Positions 56,048-64,000 of a stretch of 64,000 nt of DNA are shown here, in pieces. The translations under genes and the position numbers were made by a program. This stretch comes from Eledone cirrhosa (lineage: Eukaryota): assembly GCA_964016885.1 (NCBI GenBank), contig OZ024740.1, positions 41,416,001-41,480,000 of the forward strand. Reading direction: 5' to 3'. Each line of letters opens with the position of its first letter. The first letter of the stretch is position 1. The notes below the pieces were generated by a model. It saw only the letters and a list, made by a program, of their open reading frames with translations, had not been told where the DNA came from and searched no databases.

Positions 56048-57949
56048 ATGTTAAACGCAGCGAACGAAAATAGTGGTGGGGGAACAGCGGTAAGAGTTGT
56101 AAGCTCGCACGCTTTAGTCCTCCCTTCCTTCCCAACTAACGTCATAGAGAAGGAAGGAAAAATTAAAATAAAAACAGACGAATCTGCGGAGAAAAAATTA
56201 AATGACGAAAACACAAATCTGGACTTGGATTCCAACAACGAAAAAAAAAAATTTGAAAAATTGCATGACAATACTAATAACACAAACAAAGACACAACAA
56301 ACACAAAAATAACAGTTGAAAATAACACCATATCAGAAAACAAAGCAGACGACAAGATTTCATTTGCACAGAAAACAAAGAAATCTTTGACTTATATAGC
56401 GGAAAACATTTCAGATGTGGTACGAAGGATCACGGACGCCAAACAATACATAAGTGAAGGAGAGAATGGTATTTTATCGGTAAAAATGCCTCAAGAATTC
56501 ACGAAAGACATTGAAAGCCGAACGGTCAAGTTTCGGACCATCAACAACAGTACAAAAAAACCTGAACAGCCTTCTCAAGCAGATATCAAAACAGTACTCA
56601 CAGAAGTACTCAATGAAACCACTTTCATAAGAAAAGACAGACTGTATGGAAGCCTAGCAATTATCATGAAGAACGAATCGGCGGCAAAAAAATGTGCTTT
56701 GTCACCGATTCGTTCGAAAAATTTCACCTTTTATCCATCTTATATGGGGAAAAGAACTCAACGCATATGGCTGGATGCAATGATGCCAGATGTGGACTAC
56801 TGCTGGCTCATAGCTGGCTTCATCGATCCAGTGAATGACAACGTGATTTCCATTGGGAAAACCACAGGCAATGCGTTCAGTGGAACAGGTATAGAGCTGG
56901 TAGTACAAATGAAGCCTGAACGCATCGCCCAAATACCCGACAGAATCCTATTAGAGGACCACGGGTATATAAACATTAGCGTGGAGGGGAGAAGGCCGTC
57001 CTGCCATATCTGTGCAGGCAGAGGGCACCTGAAGGCCGCTTGTCCCCAACTCAACAAAAAGAAAACCCTGCTACCAACACCAGCTCCACCACCACCACCA
57101 CAACAGATAAACAAACAACAAAACTCAGTCCCACCCAACCCGTCCCTCAGTAAAACCACAACACCACCACAACACAAACAGTCACAACACATTACCCCAA
57201 AACAAAATACAGGCCCACCCAACCTCTCACTCAATAAAACAACACAACCACCGCAGACACAACACACAACACAGTCTAACATAGTGACATCCATCTCCCC
57301 CACAAAGAAAACCAACACGGAAACATTACCAGCAAACATACCTCTTCCCTCCAACACTGAAGATAACCCAACGAATTCGGAGGAAGAAACGGAGTCCTTC
57401 AGACAGATTAAAAGGAAAAAAAGAAAACATGTGCAAAACACACAAGGACAAACAACCCCCACCCAAATCTCAACATAATCCAACAAAACAGAAAACACCC
57501 CTCCAGCAACAAACAAAACCAAACCTGCCCCTCCCCTCTTCGAAACACTCACACCATCGGAAAAAAAGACATTACACTATACTTACATCAACAGAAACAA
57601 TAATAAATTAAATGAACTCATATACAATAATCCTTCGGTACAAACCGAAGGTGTAAACTTTGTTTCGTCAGAAAACCACCCACATTTAAAACTAATAAAG
57701 ATCCCAATGAACCTCTACCAAAAACTAAAAAAGGATTTTAAGGAGGACGTAGGACCACCCTCTGTCAAACCCATAAACCGCGTCCTACTAAAAAGCTTTC
57801 CCCCTCCCCTTCCCCTCCCCAACACAACTCCAAACACCCCAACCCCACCACACACTGACGACCCCACACCACCACAAGACACCCCTTCACCCAACACCCC
57901 CGACCCCATGGAAGTCGTGCAACCCGAACCCCGGGAAGCGGAAAGGTAG
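56048..57949 (+). pseudogene. Tx1 ORF1 (gag-like, CCHC knuckle) with a single in-frame TAA at 57476-57478
   Basis: CHICAGRGHLKAAC fits CX2CX4HX4C. ORF 57707-57949 is in the same frame (offset 1659 nt) and the intervening frame is open after the stop. Confidence 0.85.
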
Positions 57950-57982
57950 GTCTCTACACTCTCCTTTGGCTCTGCCGCCCAC

Positions 57983-60900
57983 ATGGATGTGTTAAGAGTA
58001 GGATGTTTGAATGCACGTGGCCTGGGCTCAACTTGGAAGCAAGCAAAGCTTCTAAATGACCTCAGGTCATGTAGTATAAATGTAATGGTTATCTGTGAGA
58101 CTCGAATCAGCGTCGTGCGGCAGCTGGCCCCCACCTTCGATGACTTTGAGGTGCATGCATCTCTCTGTCAACCTGGAGGTGGGGGTGGGGTTGTCGTACT
58201 GCTGCAAAAACACCTGGGTCTTGCCGTACAGGTTGTGCACTCGGACCCGGAGGGTCGTTTGTTGGTGCTAGACGTTGGCAGTAGTGAAAGTGCGGCCTTG
58301 AGACTGGTCGCCGTCTACTCCCCTTTCGGAGCTGAACGGCCCGACTTCTTCCAGCGTTTGGAGACTTTTCTGGGAACGTCGCGTTCCCTGCTTCTAGCGG
58401 GGGATTGGAATGACATCCTGGATGCACGTTGGGACTATGCAGGAGCATGTCCTAATAGAGGGGGGTGTAACAGCCTCAAGGGGTTACTCGACCGTTTTAA
58501 CTTGGTCGATAGATATCGACTAGATTTTCCAACTGTGCCTACCTGGACTTGGAGAAACCACAGTGGTCAATCTAGATCGTACTTAGATAGATTCTTAGTT
58601 AGAAGTAAGGATAGGGACATATTAAGCTGTCCAGAAATGCGCACGGTTGGCTACACGGATCACAAATTAGTGACCTGCGTGGTCAATCTCGAGAAAACAC
58701 ATAGACAGGGTCCCGGTTACTGGAAACTTAATTTGTCTTTACCGGCAAAAGAGACTTACAGAAACCGGATTAGCAGATTAGTTAAGGAGAGGTTGACGGG
58801 TGCAATCGTCAACAACCGATGGTGGGCATCTCTCAAAAGAGAGATTAGAACAGAATCAATAAGTTATAGCAAGATGTTAGCTGCCGATAGGAATAGAAAC
58901 GAGAAAGAATTAACAGGTAAATTAGAAGAGGCAATCAAGAGCGAAGATGTGGCCAGAGTGCTGGCATCGAGGACGGCCTTGAACCAGTTTTTCGATGCAA
59001 AGCACGAAGGCTGCGTCATTCGAAGTAAAATACGTGCTCTAGGTAATGAGGGGGCCAAAGCCGTTGGATGGGCCCGCGTGACAGAAGCTAAGAGTGGAAA
59101 TCGATCCACCATCCGGTCGTTGCAAGACGAAGATGGACGAGTGATCCGGGAGCCTAAGCAGATGTGCGACGCCTTTCAAAAGCACTTTTCCCGATTGTTC
59201 GGGGGAGGCGAGGGTCCGGGCCGGGGCGTGGATTTCGGTCCATACCTCGACGGCCTGCCGCGTCTCTCGAACGAAGAGGCAGAGTCCTGCGAGGGACCAA
59301 TCTCGGCTGATGAGATCGGAGATGCGCTGAGCCAATGCAGCAGACGCAAATCTCCAGGTATCGATGGTATACCTTACGAACTTTATTTAGCAATGCCGGT
59401 CTTCTTCTCCGAACTCCTCGAAGCGGTCTACTGCAATTGGCAGCAGAACGGGAGAATTCCTTGTTCTGTAGCCAAGGGCGTAGTCACGCTGGTGAGGAAG
59501 GACGAGAACAAGGGGGATAGTATAAATAATTTTCGGCCCATAACCCTGCTAAACACAGAGTTAAAGATTTTGGCCAAGGTGTTAGCAAAGAGGTTGGCGC
59601 TTGTCGTGGGTGGCCTGGTGGGAGATGCGCAGACATGTGCTATCCCATCCAGGTCCATTCACGATAACCTCCACCTCATGCGATACATCATAGAGAGGGT
59701 TGGCAACAAACCCGGCTTCGGTGGGGCCCTGATCAACTTGGATCAGTCTAAGGCCTTCGATAGGGTCGACCACGGTTACCTGGATGCGGTGCTAGCGGCG
59801 GCTGGGTTCGGTCCTGTTTTCAGAGGCTGGATCACTGCCCTACATAGCAACCACATCTGTTCTAGAATCAAGGTGAACGGCTACCTTTCGAAGCCGTTCG
59901 AAATCACACGATCCATTCGACAGGGGTGCCCTCTCTCCTCCCTTCTGTACGTATTGACTCTCGAGCCTTTACTGAGGAAGTTGGAGTTGTTGCAGGGTAT
60001 CCCCCTGGAACCAGGATTGAGCAAAGCGGTGTCGGCCTACGTCGATGACGTAACAGTAATGGTATCAACCGACTCGGAGATCGAGGCGATCGGTACCTTA
60101 CTGGAGGAGTACGAAAGGTTGTCAGGAGCGAAACTGAACCGGGAAAAATCCATCGGGCTGCAACTCGGAACGTGGAGAGGCAAACCGATGCCTCCTGACG
60201 GTGTCGTCGGACACTGGACGGAGGGCCCGGTAAAGTTGCTTGGGGTCTGGTTTGGACCGGACCTCCAGGTGGAAAAGAACTGGAACGAGATTACGAACAA
60301 GGTGTTTGCACTAACCCAGAAATGGGCCAAGTGTAAGCTGTCCCTAAAAGGCCGGGCGGAGGTGGCGAACATTTACATAGCGTCCGTCACTTACTACCGC
60401 CTGACCGTCGTGCCTTGCCCTAAGGAAACACTCACCACCATGGAACGCATGCTCTTCCAATTTCTTTGGAAGAAGCGTCCTCCTATGGTGAGAAGATCCA
60501 TCTGCTGCCAACAACCTTCGAAAGGAGGGCTGGGGATGCCGTGGTTGATGATGCGTAGGCACGCATTAAGGCTACGGCACCTACAGGTATTCCTCACTGG
60601 TCAACCGGTGTGGGCTCCGTTCGTGAAACGAGCCTTTCCGAGACTCGTCTCACTCACCGAGCTACAGTCCTGGGTCAAGCAAAGATCCGGAAAACTGGGA
60701 GACTGGCACACTGAGTGTGCTCAGGCGCTCAGGGCTCTCTGGCAAGCGGGCCAGGCCATCGGTGGAGAATCCACCTCATCATTCTATAGAGGGCTGGTGG
60801 CTAGCAGGGGCGATGACACCCTTGGAGAGTCGCTGGACATGGAAGAAGACGAACTGGCCAGCCTGTTCGGTAGGACTTTCGGCCCAGGACCAATGGACAA

Positions 60901-61420
60901 CTTCCAGAAGTCACTGGCCTGGCAGTGCTACCGGGGGGCTCTACCCGTTCGAGAGATGCTCTACAGACACGGGCGCCCGGGCAGGGATCCCTCAAAAAAG
61001 ATTTGCCCTAGATGCGTGCGTCACGAAGAAACCGTTGCGCACGCATTGGTGCAATGTCCGGGCGTGGCTGATCTGTGGGGCTACGCCGAACAACCGCTGT
61101 CGCGGGTGGCGCCGATTAAATTGACCGCCGAGTCCGTGATGACAATCAAACCGCCTCCCCTCTTCACAAAGGAAGCAAAGGCGGTTTTTCTGTGCGTAAT
61201 AGCCATGTTGAAAGAGGTTGTTTGGTGGACACGATTGAAAGGTCTGAGGTCAGGCAACTTCCTCTCTGGCCATAGTCTGGTCTACTTCTTCCGATATCAC
61301 TTCGGAAGAAGGATAAGAATGGAGAGAGAGGTGCTTGGCCACAGGCAGTTTTATGAAAGGTGGGTGATAGTGGCGAGAATGGCTCGTGTAAATGGGCCTT
61401 CTCTGTATACCATCCTGTAG
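57983..61420 (+). CDS. Tx1 ORF2: APE endonuclease, reverse transcriptase and C-terminal CCHC (1145 aa)
   Basis: LNARGL, ICETR, VYSP, GDWN, YLDRFL, TDH, GYWKLN, KSPGIDG, DQSKAFDRV, RQGCPLS, AYVDD, GGLGMP and CPRC-X8-H-X4-C. Confidence 0.95.
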   Translation: MDVLRVGCLNARGLGSTWKQAKLLNDLRSCSINVMVICETRISVVRQLAPTFDDFEVHASLCQPGGGGGVVVLLQKHLGLAVQVVHSDPEGRLLVLDVGSSESAALRLVAVYSPFGAERPDFFQRLETFLGTSRSLLLAGDWNDILDARWDYAGACPNRGGCNSLKGLLDRFNLVDRYRLDFPTVPTWTWRNHSGQSRSYLDRFLVRSKDRDILSCPEMRTVGYTDHKLVTCVVNLEKTHRQGPGYWKLNLSLPAKETYRNRISRLVKERLTGAIVNNRWWASLKREIRTESISYSKMLAADRNRNEKELTGKLEEAIKSEDVARVLASRTALNQFFDAKHEGCVIRSKIRALGNEGAKAVGWARVTEAKSGNRSTIRSLQDEDGRVIREPKQMCDAFQKHFSRLFGGGEGPGRGVDFGPYLDGLPRLSNEEAESCEGPISADEIGDALSQCSRRKSPGIDGIPYELYLAMPVFFSELLEAVYCNWQQNGRIPCSVAKGVVTLVRKDENKGDSINNFRPITLLNTELKILAKVLAKRLALVVGGLVGDAQTCAIPSRSIHDNLHLMRYIIERVGNKPGFGGALINLDQSKAFDRVDHGYLDAVLAAAGFGPVFRGWITALHSNHICSRIKVNGYLSKPFEITRSIRQGCPLSSLLYVLTLEPLLRKLELLQGIPLEPGLSKAVSAYVDDVTVMVSTDSEIEAIGTLLEEYERLSGAKLNREKSIGLQLGTWRGKPMPPDGVVGHWTEGPVKLLGVWFGPDLQVEKNWNEITNKVFALTQKWAKCKLSLKGRAEVANIYIASVTYYRLTVVPCPKETLTTMERMLFQFLWKKRPPMVRRSICCQQPSKGGLGMPWLMMRRHALRLRHLQVFLTGQPVWAPFVKRAFPRLVSLTELQSWVKQRSGKLGDWHTECAQALRALWQAGQAIGGESTSSFYRGLVASRGDDTLGESLDMEEDELASLFGRTFGPGPMDNFQKSLAWQCYRGALPVREMLYRHGRPGRDPSKKICPRCVRHEETVAHALVQCPGVADLWGYAEQPLSRVAPIKLTAESVMTIKPPPLFTKEAKAVFLCVIAMLKEVVWWTRLKGLRSGNFLSGHSLVYFFRYHFGRRIRMEREVLGHRQFYERWVIVARMARVNGPSLYTIL

Positions 61421-61650
61421 GTAAAGAAGTAAAGGAGAGGGGAGCACCTTCTCCATGTGCTCCCCGGGCAAAGGATTGCACACTTTTTCGGGGGTGTGTG
61501 CAACCCCCATCACGTCCCCTCCCTTTTGAGGTTATTTTCGATTATTTTCATGTTACACCCTTTTTACTCGATTATATGTAAACTCCCCCTTTGTATTTGT
61601 CCCTTCTTTTTATGCCTTTATGGTAAATAAAGAAATCTATCTATCTATCT

Positions 61651-64000
61651 CTCTTTCTGTCTGACGTGTGGAACATCGCCGGTAAGCTTTTTTGTTAATT
61701 TCTATGCAAAAAACCGATCTAATTGTTTGAAAAAACACAACACTTTGTAGATTAACCCCCAAGCTGAATTGTCAGCCGGGTGGTAATCCCATTTTTCGCC
61801 CCTGTAGGGGCGAAAATGTTATTTTAAAAATTTGTTTTAAAATATCAGATTTTACAAAGTTAAAAACTTGAGCAACACTAGAACGCTGGAGAACGTTAAT
61901 AGAGAAAAGAGAGAGAAAGAGGCAGATATTAACGTTATATCTGCTTCTGCTACAATGGACGTCGCCATAGATACAACTGTCACAAAAGAAGAAAATATAT
62001 TAATATTTGAAAATTTTACAACTTCTACCGCCGAAGCGGAAAAATATAACAATAACACGCAGGAAAACACAGCAAAAAAAAAACCATTGACATACATACA
62101 CATGAAAAAGACATCAACAACTCTACAGATACATCTACACATAAAGTTTCACCTCAACAATGAACTGAGATTTCCAACAAAGATAACAACATCATCAACA
62201 GCAACACCACACAAAAAAAGAAAATGTCTTTCGCTGACACAGTGAACAAGAAACAAGATATTATAAATCTTGATATCTCCAACGCAAGAGATATGCTCCA
62301 GCAAGGAAGAAAATTTGTAAAAGAAAGAGGTAGGTTTAGAATTAACTCACCCCTTGAAATAAAGGAAGACACAAACCGCCGATCAGTCACTTTTAGGACT
62401 GTGTCAAATTCGTCAAAAAAGCCAACATTTGTTAATCAAGCAGATATAGAAGATTCTTTCAAGGAAATTCTAGCAAATGTCGATTTTCCCCAGCGAGGAA
62501 AACAGTACGGAAGTGTTTCCATACTGTTTAAAAGCGAGGCACTCGCCCCAAAAAACTCTGTGACACAAATATTGTCAAAAGCATACACCTTTTTCCCTAC
62601 ATACATGGGGAAAAGGACACAAAAAATAAAAATAAAAAACATGCCTCCAAGCATTAACATCTGGTGGATCTTGGTTGGCTTCGTAGAGCCAGAAACAGAC
62701 ATAATACTTTCGATACGAAAATCTATTCGACAAAGGTGGGCGGGCACAGATTTGGAGATTCTATTGCAAATGAAACGGGAGAGAATCTCCAAAATATCCG
62801 AAAGAGTCGTTATTGATAATAACAACAAAATAAACATTTCGGTAGAAGGACGAAAATTTCATTGCTTTCGCTGTGGTAGCACAGCTCACCTAAAAGCCTC
62901 TTGTCCACAAACACACAACAACAACATCATAAAAAAACGCTATTACCAACACCAACACCAAAACAACCACCACCACCACAAGTACAACGACAGACAAAAC
63001 GAGCAACCACACCAAAACAAACAGACACTCAACCAACAACAACAGAAAAAACAGAGACAACACCCCTGAAGAACACATCCCCACTCCATCCCACTCCATC
63101 AAACACTACCACAAACACACATACCGAAACACCACCACCACCACACACCATACCCTTACCCCACACACCTGACGATGATTATTCATCGACGGATGAAGCT
63201 GCTTCTCCTTCTTTAAGTGAAGAAGAGGGAGAACCGCGGAAATCTAAAAATCAAAAAAAGAGACACCACAAAACCTCCCAAACTCCAATCACCAACACCA
63301 ACACACAACCACAGACACAAACAACAACACAAACAACACCACAGTCAAACATCCCCTATCAGCAAAACCAGCACCAACACCACCCCAAACACAAGCACCC
63401 ACCATAAAAAGAAAACTCCCGGACGAACAACAAACTAAAACAACACAACAAAAACACAAACAACAATACGCATACATCAACACAAACAACAAGAGTTTTA
63501 TGGAGGTCATCTCCCAAAACCCCAAGGTGGAGACGGAGGGCAAAACTTTCGTCAAGGCAGAATCGTCTCCACACCTTAAACTTATAAGGGTTTCTATGGA
63601 AACCTATAATGACCTTAAAAATAAATTTTCACAGGACGTGGGCAACCCCTGCCACAAACCCATCAATCGCGTCCTGTTAAAATGTTGCCCCACCCCACCC
63701 CACCCCACCCCACCCAATCCAGCACCAAAATGGAAAAACCCGATCTCCAGGAAACGAAAAGGTAAGTGCACCTTTCGTCCCTTTTCTCCAACTCTTCTCC
63801 ACCAACATGGCTAGTTTACGAGTTGGAACCGTGAATGTGCGTGGCCTAGGGATGCCCTGGAAACAGGGCCAACTTTTAAACGACTTTAGGTCACACAGTA
63901 TGGATGTGATAGCCATCACCGAGTCCAGGATCCACAACAGGCAGCAACTAACCCCCATCTTCGACGACTTTGAGATCTACGCATCTCTCTGGTGGAGGTG
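61651..64000 (+). mobile_element. Tx1/L1-clade LINE copy 6: 5' UTR, frameshifted ORF1 and start of ORF2 (runs off the window)
   Basis: Knuckle CFRCGSTAHLKASC. ORF2 ATG at 63807 reads MASLRVGTVNVRGLGMPWKQG. Begins right after TATC repeats. Confidence 0.9.

Larger units (their letters stand above)
55813..61635 (+). mobile_element. Tx1/L1-clade LINE copy 5, full-length with intact ORF2
   Basis: 5' UTR, ORF1, ORF2 and 3' UTR with AATAAA at 61626; (TATC)n on both sides. Confidence 0.95.

Overview
This is AT-rich, microsatellite-dense eukaryotic DNA. The SINE type and repeat landscape suggest an octopus or other cephalopod, which is an inference. I could not identify any host gene, and most of the short listed ORFs are microsatellite artefacts. 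The window is a nest of transposable elements. (1) Six Tx1/L1-clade non-LTR retrotransposons lie on the + strand in two head-to-tail arrays (15.66-24.66 kb and 53.1-64 kb). Every visible 3' end runs into (TATC)n and five of six 5' ends follow (TATC)n, which points to a lineage targeting (TATC/GATA)n. One copy keeps an intact 1145-aa ORF2. (2) An R4/Dong-type restriction-like-endonuclease (RLE) element and its fragments sit inside (TATG)n tracts. Those tracts are the tails of short, non-autonomous RTE-derived elements, several of which have fold-back 5' ends. (3) A near-full-length, GC-rich, frameshifted RTE LINE is present. (4) There are Penelope-like (Naiad-type) fragments and about nine minimal hammerhead ribozyme motifs, including a repeated CCGAAGA core variant. 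(5) The rest comprises DD37D (maT) mariner fragments, CRE-type RLE fragments, non-autonomous Helitrons, tRNA-headed SINEs and many long palindromes. All calls come from reading motifs by eye; no alignments or database searches were run.
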